This document shows positions 36,679 through 49,236 of a DNA stretch of 64,000 bases, in pieces. This DNA comes from Alloascoidea hylecoeti. Its lineage: Eukaryota. Both the position numbers and the translations under genes were made by a program. Below the pieces are notes generated by a model that searched no databases, was not told the DNA's origin, and was given only the letters and a program-made list of their open reading frames with translations. The first letter of the stretch is position 1. Every line of letters starts with the position of its first letter. The stretch is taken from assembly GCA_001600815.1 (NCBI GenBank), contig BCKZ01000004.1, positions 895,566-959,565 on the forward strand. The letters run 5' to 3'.

Positions 36679-36686
36679 TTACCCGG
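36679..36686 (+). promoter_or_regulatory. Reb1-type site TTACCCGG in the REC102/IRC19 bidirectional promoter
   Basis: Exact consensus; the same motif occurs at 43408, 45263 and 49159 in other promoters. Confidence 0.55.
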
Positions 36687-36740
36687 ATATCAAAATATTG
36701 AAAAGCACAAACAATAATAAACAATTAAATCACCAATTAC

Positions 36741-37277
36741 ATGACATTATCAGATCCACAGCTTAAAATACAAATAACACATATCTATCGAAAGCTATTT
36801 AAACTCAGAAATGCAGTTACAAGTAAAAATGCTGCCAGGAAAACTTATATAAGCCTTCTTCGATCTAGATTTGAAAAGGATGATTATAATGAACGAAGAC
36901 AATATATACTTAAACAAAATCCAACAGAAAATGAATTAACAAATGAACAAATTTTTAAGTCAATTGAAAACACTTTACATTTTATTGAAAGATCAACGAT
37001 TTCAATAAATACAAAGTTCAATAAATCAAAACCAACAACTGAAAGTAGAATTTTAAAAAATATTTTATTTGTAGAATGGAATAGATATGAAAGCGTTAAA
37101 AAGTCAAAATTTACGAATCTTTATTCAAAAAATTATATTTCTGAAGCTGAAGATGTAATGGAATCAATTAAAAATGGAAAAAAACCTGACAAAAATTTAA
37201 GTGCTAATTTAATTGCATTTAAAGATTATGAATATGCATTAATGATGTTTAATGAAACAATGAATTTACGGTTGTAA
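36741..37277 (+). CDS. Basic mitochondrial protein, IRC19/DUF1763-like
   Basis: 178 aa; IYRKLFKL, TYISLLRSRFEKDDYNERR and C-terminal FNETMNLRL resemble the family as recalled. Confidence 0.55.
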   Translation: MTLSDPQLKIQITHIYRKLFKLRNAVTSKNAARKTYISLLRSRFEKDDYNERRQYILKQNPTENELTNEQIFKSIENTLHFIERSTISINTKFNKSKPTTESRILKNILFVEWNRYESVKKSKFTNLYSKNYISEAEDVMESIKNGKKPDKNLSANLIAFKDYEYALMMFNETMNLRL

Positions 37278-38799
37278 ATATATATAAAAAAAGATATTTT
37301 TTCAAACAACTTTATAATAAAATTATATGAGAAGCTTGTCTATAAGGCCTTATATACCTATTTAGATCTATAACCCATATCTAATTAATTAATTAATTAA
37401 TTAATTATTATTATTAGATCATAAGATCAATTTATGGCAATATAGAGTACTCCTCGTTATCTAAGATTATACTGTCGCTGCAGCTGTCATATTATATTAG
37501 CTATGAATTTATATCTGTTAATATAGCCTATATAGTTCAGTTGCCATATAGCCTATAACTATAGCTAGAACAAAACAGTACTGGTTCTGACTATAATCTT
37601 ATACATGTATGCTATTAAATATTCAATGGAAACATGTTGATTATGTTTTCTATATCTTTAGTTTATACTTAATTTAATTATTAAAATAGCTTAAAATTAT
37701 GCGGCATTCAATTGCAATATAAGATCTTATATTACAGTACAACGTTTTATCGTTTATCACTTCCCCAGATCGCACATTCAAAATAGGTTTAATTATCAAT
37801 CAAATTTAGATAACTTAAATCAATTTCTTTTGTCGTAATCGAAGCAGATTAGATACAACCGCTATATCAATATTCATATGTTTAGTCAAAAAACGTCATA
37901 ATTATAACTTGATAAGATTTTATAAACTTTAAATTAGATCATCTGTTGCCAGGAATATAACTTACTGTAAGATTTTATCGGAAAATAGAAGAATAGCTAT
38001 AATAAATAATAAATAGAGCACTAGAGTCACTTTTTTGAAACATTTCTATAGTGGTTCAATTATTGTGATTTTTTATATAGTTTTTTTCCTGGTATCTTCT
38101 CGTGGTTGGTAGCACATTCACGATTGGTCAACTTACCCTATACAGTATACCCCCGATCTAATTTCTTGGTGTTATTACTATTGACTACAATCAACAAATA
38201 AATTAATTACAATTAAACCGGATCTGATAATCAGTCCAACCGATATAAAAAAGACTTACACTATACCTTATGTGTTTCAATTATTAGGTTATTTGATTGC
38301 ATTTAATAGTGCAGCTGACGTATAAATTTCAGTTGCTCATATTAATAGTTGGGATGTGGATAACAATTACGGAATTTGGAGTTTTAAATAGAACTTCCAA
38401 TTGCGATAATATATATTTTGATATAATTCTATTTATTTTGTTTACAATTGTATATGATCATAGCAGAATGTATTATTATTATATTTTTTGTAAGCATGAT
38501 ACATCACCGGTTTTTGCAGCATTTTCGATGATGACTAAATAAGATAGATGAGTAATATAACAGTAGCCAAACCCCGATTTAACTTTAGAATATTATATAG
38601 TTCATAATAACTTCTGAACTTCGGGGGAAAGATAAAAAGAATAAATAGAATCCATATCCGCCTCAAATTCCAACTTTTATATTGTATTTTTGTGTTCAAA
38701 AAAAGTAAAAAAAAACACCAAAATTGGCAGTCTCCCCTCATAAATTTGGCATTGCGCACACTTTTTTTTTTTTCTTTCCCCCACTGATCTCATACCAAA

Positions 38800-39825
38800 A
38801 TGAGTTTTCAAACACAACAAAGCGAATACAGTGAACATCCAGATGCTGTTCAGTTTCCAATTCCCACAAATTCAGTCCACAATCGAAGGTCAATCCCACC
38901 TGGACTATCCGATTCCGGCTCGGAGTCGGGCTCACTGGAGACGGCGCCGGACGGTATACAGGACATCACTAGAGTGGTAGGTCACACGGCGGATCTCGAA
39001 GAAGTCCCACATGGAATTTCAAGGCAATCAAAAACATTAGAAGGTTATAAGTTTCCTACTCATAGATTAGCAAAGTTTTTGTATGATGATACAAAGTATC
39101 CGCTGGTCATTGTGGCGTGCGGATCATTTTCACCAATTACCTATTTACATTTACGGATGTTTGAAATGGCTCTTGATGCCATTCGTGAAAGTACACAGTT
39201 TGAAGTAATTGGTGGATATTATTCTCCAGTATCTGATAATTATAAGAAAGCAGGGTTGGCTCCTTCATTTCACCGGGTACGAATGTGCGAATTAGCTTGC
39301 GAAAGAACGAGTAGTTGGTTAATGGTCGATGCTTGGGAATCTTTACAGCCTCAATATACTCGAACGGCACTCGTTTTAGATCACTTTAACAATGAGATAA
39401 ATGTTAAAAGAGGTGGTGTTAAAACGACATCAGGAGTCCAAAAAAGTGTTAAAATCATGCTTTTAGCCGGTGGAGATTTGATAGAATCGATGGGTGAGCC
39501 TAATGTTTGGGCAGATGCTGATCTACATCATATTCTAGGTGTTTACGGGTGTCTCATTGTTGAAAGAACTGGCTCTGATGTTCGAAGCTTTTTATTATCA
39601 CACGATATCATGTATGAACACAGAAAAAATATTCTAGCAATCACACAACTGATCTATAATGATATTTCTTCAACCAAGGTTAGACTATTCATTCGACGAG
39701 GGATGTCTGTTCAGTATTTGTTACCGAATAGCGTTATTCGTTACATTCAAGAGCATGGACTATATATTGGGGAAACAGAACCTGTTAAACTAGTGCTAAG
39801 TTCTAAAGATCAACCACGATTTTGA
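38800..39825 (+). CDS. NMA1: Nicotinamide/nicotinate mononucleotide adenylyltransferase
   Basis: GSFSPITYLHLRMFE, SSWLMVDAWES, ISSTKVRLF motifs. Confidence 0.95.
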   Translation: MSFQTQQSEYSEHPDAVQFPIPTNSVHNRRSIPPGLSDSGSESGSLETAPDGIQDITRVVGHTADLEEVPHGISRQSKTLEGYKFPTHRLAKFLYDDTKYPLVIVACGSFSPITYLHLRMFEMALDAIRESTQFEVIGGYYSPVSDNYKKAGLAPSFHRVRMCELACERTSSWLMVDAWESLQPQYTRTALVLDHFNNEINVKRGGVKTTSGVQKSVKIMLLAGGDLIESMGEPNVWADADLHHILGVYGCLIVERTGSDVRSFLLSHDIMYEHRKNILAITQLIYNDISSTKVRLFIRRGMSVQYLLPNSVIRYIQEHGLYIGETEPVKLVLSSKDQPRF

Positions 39826-42046
39826 TCCCATATTCAATTTACATCATTATGATAATCATATAACCAACAAAATAGAGAATTGGGGTAAAAGGATGGGGAT
39901 CAGATTATTGCTACTCTTAAATGCAATCATTTGACTTATTATTATATTAATTACTATATTTATTTATTTATTTATTTATTTATTTGTTACTTTTATTATT
40001 TTGACATTATTTGTTAATGTATTTATTTATTTATTTATTTATATCTAGAGATTCTCTGACTTCACATATTCGTTTCAATTTTTAACTATAACAATTGATG
40101 GAATTTGATTCAATTTTTTTTATTTATATATCAATTTTCTATACCAGTAAGATGACATATCCCAGCTCTACTTGAAATGAAGTGATCTTATAACATTTAC
40201 TCATGTTTATACCATATCTAGTGGTTTTATCTCATTTGAATCCATATAACTTGAATTCTTTCCATATCTTGATCAAGTTGAAGACTTCCATTCACTCTTA
40301 ATACGTTATATGCAATTGCAATTTTTTAATTGTTTATTGATCGCACTAACGGCATAATGAGGGGTTCAAAGTCAACTCTATCCTAAACGCAATTAAGTGC
40401 GCGGTTTGTTGAGCCGATAATAATTACAAATTTAAGACATTTTAATTATAAGGTGAACCTCATTTTTAAGCAACTACAAGAATCGGGAGAAAAGCTTATG
40501 ATGTGAGGCTCATAAGTATCTATTAAACCATGCCCATGTTGTGAGATTGAACCAGTTCTTTAAAATGGCCGTGGCTTAGAATTGATTTCATAAACTTTAC
40601 TATGACGTTGTCAAATGCATTATTAAAATTTGAAATATCTAATATTAAGATTTACGCAGCGTTAACGATAATGCAAACATAAAGCATATAAAATTTAAAA
40701 ATGTACCATTTTATATGATCTCCGGAAAGCTAATATTAATATTAACATGATAGCCATAGATCAAACCTTCCTAATCAAATTAAATCAATATTGTTGAAGG
40801 ATAAAACTGATATTATGAAATTACTGTGGAAAGTTTGAAACGTTCTCATTGAGAAAGTTTAAATTGAAATTCATATTACATCAAGCATAAAGGCAAATGA
40901 GTTTATGGAGTTAGAGAATGATACATGTATTCTAATGGACCATTTTACCGTGACCAACTTAAAATTACTTACTAGAATCCTTCGAATTAGTAATGTTGAG
41001 TAAGCTATATAATTATATCCATATTGACTCATTTCCGAGTGAGCTGGTTAGTTATAACGTTTGTATTATTGATCCTGGAATCTCAAAAGAATATATACAT
41101 GAGACTTCATATAGCATACACACAAATTATTCAAAAAGATATTTATGATGAATACAACTGCAACTAGATTAAGCGCATCTAAAGACCTATCAAAAAAGTT
41201 ATTTATAAACATTAACATATTATTTATTCATTGATAACAAAAGAATCTGGCTGTAACATGGTCAGTATTATCAATGAACAAAGCATTTTTGTTACTTCTG
41301 GACTCTAGCGCTACAGCAGGTACTGACATATTTAAGTTGTAGCCATTTGAGTAATTGATCATTTGTTGCAGATAATCCTACTCTTAAGTATTTGTGTTGA
41401 AGACTATCTCTATGAAATTTGTTTTCTCAATACCTATCGATATCATTAGAATACATTTTCAGGCTATTTAATGAAATACATGTGAATAACATTCTGTAAT
41501 AAGCCCTATATAAACCACTTATTATAACGATCTAAAGATCTCTTTATAATTATCTTTAGATTTTGTTACCGGTATATGAATCTATAGCTAGCTATAGAGA
41601 CGTTTAAGATATACAAATAAAAAAAACTCTCATGCATCCCACTTTATACTTCTGCTAAGTTATAGTTACAGGTAGGCTAAAACAATGTGTACGGCCGTTA
41701 CTACTACAGCGGCTACGGCCTTACAAAACTCTTAATAATTACAGATTTAATGAAATTTAAACATTATTACTAGCTACAAGGTGTACAGTTTGAATTATGT
41801 TATGTTCTATTAAGAAACATTGTAAATACACGTGTGATGAGCATAAGATATATTTAAAATATATTTGATAGCAATGATGATACTTCGATATAGGAAAAAA
41901 GCAATTCTATATATTATTTAAAAATACACAAATTCAAAATAAATAAAAAATGCTAAGGAATACAAATGAAAGTTAAATGAACCTAATAATAGGATGTTAT
42001 AAATAAGGTCGTTAATATAGTAATGAATGATGATTTATAATTAATA

Positions 42047-43294
42047 TTAAATCGGTGTATTAACTGTTGATGTTGATGCAGATTGATAACTTTGAGAGGC
42101 AGATCCGTTCCCATTCAAAACAGAACTTGAAATTGATAATGGGGTTGCTTCATTAGACTCTAAAACATGAAACGATTTAAATTTCTTCATAGCTTCATTT
42201 CGGCTATTATTGTTATTGGTCCCTGAAATTTGAATAGGCATAGATCTACTATTAAGGGTATTTGAGTTTGAAGTAAAAGTTGGGTCATGATACGTTTCTA
42301 TCATTGCCTGTTTTCTTTCTCGTTTCCCATAATACCACCATTGAAATAACATGATCAAATCAAATCCAACAGTCCCGGCACTACCAATTAAAAATGGCAA
42401 TTCCTTGATGATGAAGTCCGAGCCATTCGGCCCCGTCGCATTTGGACTTGTTAAAATGGATATTGTATAAAAGATGTTACCTGATAAAGCGGCCATAAAC
42501 AGTAAAATTGAAACACCAGATGTAGATTTGCGCTTATAATTTTTATATAATTGCGGGGATCTAGAAGTAAGGTATAAAATGGTGCACGTCCATGAAATAT
42601 ACGCGCCTATTATGTCCGTATTTAGAGATAACATCTTAAAGAACTGATCGGGTGTTAAAGTTTTTGTATCATCTGAATTACCATATCCGGAAATAGGAGC
42701 CCCAGCGGCCTTTGTAAACAATGAAAGAAAGGAAGAGGATAAAAGCATAGCTGAGGAAGATCTGCGGCTCTTGTTTATAGGTTGAATTTCGGCACTCCCT
42801 GATACCCGATCTTCTTCATAATTATCGGGAATAACAGTATCTATCGTGCACGTGTCAGGCATATTTTCAGGAATCTGTCGTGTCCTATGATTATTCTGTC
42901 GATGATATGCTCTATGTGCACCTCTGCCCCTCGTGTAATAATAATATTGGCCACCGAGGATAACATCAATAAATAGATAATATAAGGCTAAAGCCGTTTG
43001 AAAAGGAAGTTGATGAGTTAAGAAACAGCCCAAAAAGTTTGTAAAATCACCCATAAACCAATTAAATAGAAAGTAAGGGGAAATACCTTCAACTGAATGG
43101 TTTCTGTAATTTGCTATGACTTGTGGTAGTTGAGCCCATAACCAACAGCCTAATGACAGATAACCGGCAATGAGAGATACCAAGGATAAATTCCCATAAA
43201 CACAAGATCCAGTGAGCTTATAGAACCAAAAGACTAAATCCTCCGATTCCTGAAAAGGCTCACACTGAACTGATGTAGTATTGGAAACAGACAT
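42047..43294 (-). CDS. YPQ1: PQ-loop vacuolar cationic amino-acid transporter (Ypq family)
   Basis: Two PQ loops (AQLPQVIANY, SRSPQLYKNYKRKSTSGVS), 7-TM pattern. Confidence 0.85.
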   Translation of the reverse strand: MSVSNTTSVQCEPFQESEDLVFWFYKLTGSCVYGNLSLVSLIAGYLSLGCWLWAQLPQVIANYRNHSVEGISPYFLFNWFMGDFTNFLGCFLTHQLPFQTALALYYLFIDVILGGQYYYYTRGRGAHRAYHRQNNHRTRQIPENMPDTCTIDTVIPDNYEEDRVSGSAEIQPINKSRRSSSAMLLSSSFLSLFTKAAGAPISGYGNSDDTKTLTPDQFFKMLSLNTDIIGAYISWTCTILYLTSRSPQLYKNYKRKSTSGVSILLFMAALSGNIFYTISILTSPNATGPNGSDFIIKELPFLIGSAGTVGFDLIMLFQWWYYGKRERKQAMIETYHDPTFTSNSNTLNSRSMPIQISGTNNNNSRNEAMKKFKSFHVLESNEATPLSISSSVLNGNGSASQSYQSASTSTVNTPI

Positions 43295-43509
43295 AAATTT
43301 GAAGAAAAAAGCCGAGGAAAGTGTAGAATTACGGGCATTTCGGGTTATTTATAGAAATTCCAAGGTAGATAACAGTTTGATAAGGTTATATGCGTCATAC
43401 TTCAGAGCCGGGTAATCCCATACACAATGTACTATTTTCGGCGGCGCCGCGTTAACCTCAAAATTAGCTGGGCGTGGCTTAATAAAATATACCTTAAGCT
43501 TAAGTGTTG

Positions 43510-45138
43510 TCAGTGAAATTTGTCAAAGTCTATCTGAACAGGTGAGAGACCCAAACCTCCTTCAACAAGCAGGTCGTAGTTGGTATCTTCTTCTTGCTTG
43601 ACGGCTACTATAGCTGAGGGGCTAGAAGAGGCGGCAGGGATGTCGTTCAATGGGGAAATATTCCCGGCATCTGCGGCTGTAAGCAAGTCATTTTCCCGAT
43701 CTGTATATTTATGTATGGGTGGCTGTTCTGAATTCAAGTCTTCCCGTAATCCAGAACTGTTGTAATTGTAATTATGATCATGTTCTGGATCATATGTAAA
43801 CTCTTCATTGCTCCCATTATTCTGTTGCACGTCATGTATAACATTATTTGTTGCATATCCATCCTCAACATCGGGTAAAATCGTACTGAAATTATGTTCA
43901 TTCGCCTTGCCAATCTCATTATGGGGATTGTTAGCTAATGCCACATCGTAATAGGTAAATCCAGACATAATAGACCTTTCTAGCATCATTGACCGTTCTT
44001 TCTCCTCTTGTAGTTCTGTTATAACAGTTGAAAGTTGTTGTTCTAAATTTTCAACGCGTTTCCTTAGTTCACGCGACTCATCCTCATGATCATGGTCACT
44101 GGCTATATCACTAACCGTTTTCGATTTCTTCTTTGAAACAAGAGTTGCTGAAGAACTTGAAGTCATTGAAGATTTATTGACATTACGCGTCTCTAATTCG
44201 TTTGATGTTTCAAGATTTGTTTTTTTGACCTTATGCCTATATTTTTTATCTTTTTCTTTTTTTGAACCCAATTGTTGCGAACGCGTATTAGACTTTTTCT
44301 TGTTCATATCATTTTCTGATTTATGTTCTTTCTCATTGCCTTTAAAAATGTTAATTGTGTTATCCTCCTCCTTTATTTCCAAATCCTTTACTTGAGCATC
44401 TGCATCAGATACCAAACTTCCTTTCGAGAACTTCATGTAAATTTCTGCTCGCGTTTTATTAACATCATTAGTATTTAACTTTGCATGCCCCAATTGTTTG
44501 AGCTCAGCATTATTTTCCATTCCAAACTCATCTTCTTTATTAGAAGTAATCCCATCTACAAATGACCTCCATAATGTACTTGTTAAGCTTGATCCTTGTT
44601 GTTTTTTATTAATATTATTATCTGTTTTATTAGTTTCGCTATAACTTTTGCTTTTTTGGACCATAGGCACGTTCACTTTGGGTTTAGTTATCCTTCGTTT
44701 CTTACCAGAAGCTGTGATCTCCACATATTCTTTTTCCGACAGGTCGCGTTTTCTGGGCCTTTCTAATGGCGTTATGAAAAAACCAGGAAATGAACCGGGC
44801 ATCTTCAATGATGATTTAATAGTGGATGGACCGGACTTTCTATTTAATTTAAATGGAATATGTGGTATTGTGGTTGAATTCTTCTTGTTTACAATCGTTT
44901 TCGAATTTCGTAGGAACATTAGTTGATTATTCACAGGTTCATTTGAGCTTAAACTATGCTTAGGCTCGATCTTGTTATGTTTATTACCGAATTTATCCGC
45001 TGTTTGTGATTTCGATCTTTCTGCTTTGAAACTTTTGTGATCCCTAGATCTAGACGAACTGCTTGGTGAGGCTGAAGTAGCATCAACTGCCTCTTTCCAA
45101 GCGTCTTTAACACCGGATACTAAATCCGACCAAACCAT
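43510..45138 (-). CDS. NBP1: Nbp1/YPR174C-like spindle-pole-body or nuclear-envelope coiled-coil protein
   Basis: N-terminal amphipathic-looking MVWSDLVSGVKDAWKEAV, KKRR NLS-like motif, coiled coil ELRKRVENLEQQLSTVITELQ, C-terminal LSPVQIDFDKF; same position and orientation as YPR174C next to DPB2. Confidence 0.55.
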   Translation of the reverse strand: MVWSDLVSGVKDAWKEAVDATSASPSSSSRSRDHKSFKAERSKSQTADKFGNKHNKIEPKHSLSSNEPVNNQLMFLRNSKTIVNKKNSTTIPHIPFKLNRKSGPSTIKSSLKMPGSFPGFFITPLERPRKRDLSEKEYVEITASGKKRRITKPKVNVPMVQKSKSYSETNKTDNNINKKQQGSSLTSTLWRSFVDGITSNKEDEFGMENNAELKQLGHAKLNTNDVNKTRAEIYMKFSKGSLVSDADAQVKDLEIKEEDNTINIFKGNEKEHKSENDMNKKKSNTRSQQLGSKKEKDKKYRHKVKKTNLETSNELETRNVNKSSMTSSSSATLVSKKKSKTVSDIASDHDHEDESRELRKRVENLEQQLSTVITELQEEKERSMMLERSIMSGFTYYDVALANNPHNEIGKANEHNFSTILPDVEDGYATNNVIHDVQQNNGSNEEFTYDPEHDHNYNYNSSGLREDLNSEQPPIHKYTDRENDLLTAADAGNISPLNDIPAASSSPSAIVAVKQEEDTNYDLLVEGGLGLSPVQIDFDKFH

Positions 45139-45322
45139 TACGTTTATTTCGGTCGCACCTATTTTGAATAACTGATAAATTAAAATTGACACAGTGGGTA
45201 CTGTTACGATAATTAGTTGTACTATTGTATTCCCTGTTTGAATAACAATAAACCATCCTAGTCCGGGTAAATTATTCAGTATAAGGTTACGAAAAATGAG
45301 AGATTTGAGTGGATCTTACAGA

Positions 45323-45352
45323 ACGCGAGAGTAAAATAAATACAAGTCGCGT
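45323..45352. promoter_or_regulatory. Two MCB-like (ACGCGA) G1/S elements between NBP1-like and DPB2
   Basis: ACGCGA at 45323 and TCGCGT at 45347; Reb1 site at 45263. Confidence 0.5.
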
Positions 45353-45368
45353 CTTTCATCTTCTTCTT

Positions 45369-47741
45369 ATGAACCCTTCCTATTCAAATAAATCAACAAG
45401 TCACAAAATGACACTGACAACAACTAAAATTTCTGAAAATATTGAGATGGGAACAAAAACTCCAGCTGTACTATTAACTGAACTTCAACCATTAAATATA
45501 CGGCCGATGGCCTATAGGATATTTAGTAAAAAACATGGACTTAATATAAAATCTAATGCTTTGAAAGAACTGGCTGATTATTTAGGCGCAAAATTTGGTG
45601 CTGAATGGAAAGGCCCAAAAGCTTTACAATTCTTAGAAGAGGTAGCAAAATTATGGAAAAGTCAGAATCGAGGTGTGTTTTTAGAAGGTGAAGCCCTCGT
45701 TACGGTTATGAGGGAAGTCACAGCCAAACACAGTATCAAAAAGAATACCGTACAAAGAGACGGCAACCTAGACAACTTTTTTGGGAATAAAGCTGAAAGA
45801 TCGGATACGGTTGTCGATGAGGTAAATACGGATATGGATATGGATATGGATACAAATGTTGCGATTAATAAAAGACCTCCCCATCCATTTAGAACGGGAA
45901 AATCATTTATTGATTCATTTTCGGCAAGAACGAATAGCGAATCTGAGGTCATAACAGAGAAACCGATTGATTGGCAAGACTATTTAAAGGTTATTGATGC
46001 ATATTCACAACCAAAATTTCATTATAATCACATTAGGAAAACATTTGAATCATTGCCCCGGAGTGAAGTTATATCATCTGAATCTAAAATAAAACTCTTT
46101 TCAAATACTTCACTTAAAGATGGAATTTCTCTATTTTCAAATAGGTATTATTTAACAAATGATAGATTATTTAGAAATGAACATTTTCAAGCGCCGCAAA
46201 TTAATGCCATGTCTAAATATTCATTCTATGGTAATTCCAACTCTGAAGATAATGAAATAGAAGACCTAAGAAAATCTTTCACTATTACTGCGATTAAAAA
46301 TCTTCTTGGTCGAAATGGTCAGCATTTTGTCCTTATTGGATTACTTACAAAAAATATGAAAGGTAATTGGAGCTTACAGGATACAACTGATCGAATTGAA
46401 TTGGATCTAAATCAAGCTTTCCCACACGATGGCTATTATTATGCTCCTGGATCTATTGTTATAGTGGATGGGATTTATACAGGAAATGGGAAATTTGTTG
46501 TTTCTTCAATATATCATCCGCCACCAGAGAGGAGAGAAAAGGCAATTGAAGCATATGGATATTTAGACTTCTTGAGTGTCCATAAGTCTGCAGCAGCTGG
46601 AAACTTATCTACATTTGGTGGTAGAATTGATATGGGATTGAAGAAACGTTTACATTTACTTGAAAAAAAATATACAAAACATAAAATTGTGTTTCTTGGT
46701 TGTAATATATACCTTGATAATCTAAATACATTCGATGCATTAAAGAAAGTATTTACTAAACTTTCAAATAATGATGATGAACCGCCTGTTGCTATTGTTT
46801 TTATGGGAAATTTCACATCTATTCCATTTTATCCTTCAACCTCATCATCTTCTACAACTTCCTCTTCGTCACAATATAAAGATGTATTTGATTCCCTTGC
46901 GACGCTTTTAGAATCTTTCCCTAGATTAACAGGTAACTCAACATTTATTTTCATTCCAGGAGATGGTGATCCATGGTCTTCAGCGTTTACAAGAGGGTCA
47001 ACAGGAACTTGGCCTCAAAAACCCATTCCATCTATATTTCGTAATAGAATCAATAGAATCGTTAGAAAATGCATTTGGGCAACAAATCCATGTCGATTGG
47101 TATATTTATCACAAGAGATTGTAATCACTAGAGATGATATTGGAGGACGGTTTAGGCGGCATCAAGTTATTTTCCCTCAGAGCTTAATCCCAGATGATCA
47201 AGACGCAAATATGACAATTGAAAAGGAATCTGATGAAGGACCGAATATGACAATTGATGGAATTGAGGTTAGATCTTCGACCCCTCAAGTTAGATTCTCG
47301 GCATCAAAGGTGGAAACACTTACCGCTAATGATTTGGAAGCAAGAAAAGTAAGGACATATATTATTAGGTTAAAATTCGATATTCAATGAACACTAACTA
47401 ATTATTCTTTTTAGATCGTTCGAACAATATTTTCTCAAGCACATCTATCGCCATTTACCTCATCTATTAGACCGGTGGTTTGGGGTCTTGATCACACACT
47501 TAGCTTATCTCCTGCACCCACAACAGTAAGTATATCTCGATCGTTTAATACTAATTATTGTCATATTAACATTATCATTACATAGTTGATACTTGCAGAT
47601 ACTACAACACCAAGTTTTAAAGTTGTCTATGAGGGGACTACTGTCACTAACCCAGGATCATTCATTCATGGTAACAAAGTCACCTGGTGTGAATATGTTC
47701 CTTCTACGAAACATGTTGAGGTGGAAAATGTTTATATTTGA
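45369..47741 (+). CDS. DPB2: DNA polymerase epsilon subunit B; 3 exons (start-47348, 47415-47525, 47586-47741); start ATG 45369, 45408 or 45447
   Basis: IRPMAYRIFSKKHGLNIKS, FIPGDGDPW, NPCRLVYLSQEIV, QAHLSPF and NPGSF motifs; two GT-AG introns complete the C-terminus. Confidence 0.92.
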
Positions 47742-47882
47742 AATGCATAGACTTCTATTTTCATTTTGTTATATATTATTAATGTTTCTATTTTAATGCA
47801 ATAATTTATCATAATATGAGCTCATTACTATTGTATCATCATGATTTTTTTCAAACCATATGCATATTTATATATTCTTGAA

Positions 47883-49102
47883 CTAATTTTTGTAAGGGAA
47901 TTTTTTAATCTTATTTGTTAGCTCATAAGGTAAACAATAAACAGGATCAATAGCTATTAAATTCTCATATTTCATTAAACTCAATCCAGCAATTCCAAAT
48001 ATTGTATGATATACGTCAACCACGTTTCCTTCTCTATCAGCAATTCCACCCTTTTCAGGGTCTTGTGCATCTAGAATAAACTCACGAAGTTTAGCGTGAT
48101 CAATCCAGTCCAGCTTTCCAATAATATCTAAAGATGATAAAACCCACCAACTATAACAAACATCAGGTAATTTTTCCGGTCTTCCATTCAATCCACCACT
48201 TGATAGTTGACGTTCACACAGCCACCAACCTAATGTTTCTTGATCTACAACATCAAGTCTATTTACAATTGCTAGGGCAGCCAAACATGTGAAGACCTGA
48301 GCAGCATGACTCTCAGCACCAGGCATTAAACCGAAGCCACCGTCAAAGTTTTGGCACTTAGATAAAAATTCGACGGCCTTATCGACGTTTAGTCTATCTA
48401 AAGTTCCTAGTAGGGAAAGAGACTGAATTGCAATGTAAACGAATCGTGTATCAATTTCACCAAAACTATCACCCATTACAGCACCAGTATCAGCTATCTG
48501 AAGACTTACCACAACTAATGAATTATTATTATGAATTGTTAGATTATATGATAATTGAAATATGATGCAGTACTAAATAGAGCACTTACATTTTGTCACT
48601 TTTTCAGTATCAATTTGACTCAGAGCATCTTCCATATAAAGGATCTGTAATGCTGACAATGTAGAAAGTAAATGAGCATCGTGTCGAGGAGCAGCTCCAA
48701 ATCCACCTATGAAATTAACAATACATTATAATTAGTGAATCATAATTTCACAATTAACTTTTCAATAGATCAACTTACCTGATGGTGTTTGACAAGATAA
48801 CACATATTTGACCACATCTTCTTTTGGTAATTCATCTTTAGCTCCCATCATATATAAAGCAGTGAGTCCCCAATAAAGACCATCTTTTAGAGTATTTAGT
48901 TAGAATTGGAAGTCATTTGTAGAAGTGGTAACTTTTCGTACTCATTCGGAGATGTTCAGTCAACCAATACTCTAGTCTATCGGTTTGCTAAGGATTATTG
49001 TTAGAACCAAAATTAGAAAGCACCATCTAAAGTATAACAGCGTACCTGATCTAACGATTTGATAAAATCTATATGTTTCTGCTTTAAAAATTGTCTCGTC
49101 AT
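47883..49102 (-). CDS. BET2: Rab geranylgeranyltransferase beta subunit; 5 exons (49102-49046, 48987-48942, 48883-48779, 48706-48590, 48514-47883)
   Basis: [45 protein letters not shown]. Confidence 0.92.
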
Positions 49103-49236
49103 GCTTGTTCTTCATAGTATTATATCTTACTTTTGTTATATTTTGGTGTAGTCAAAAATTACCCGGCTGCTCTGTATGTTTCCTCGAATTCATCTTCTGC
49201 TACTGATAACGTTAAACATAAACATTAATACTGACA

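Noticed and set aside
38141..38160. TA-CAGTATACCCCCGA pogo-like TIR start; similar lone hAT-like ends near 1375 and 20060
   Set aside because: No partner inverted end or TSD found
40340..41450. Possible decayed gene or TE between NMA1 and YPQ
   Set aside because: No recognisable motif in the parts I translated
49103..49115. Out-of-frame upstream ATG 13 nt before BET2
   Set aside because: Cannot tell whether it lies inside the transcript given the 134-bp intergenic region
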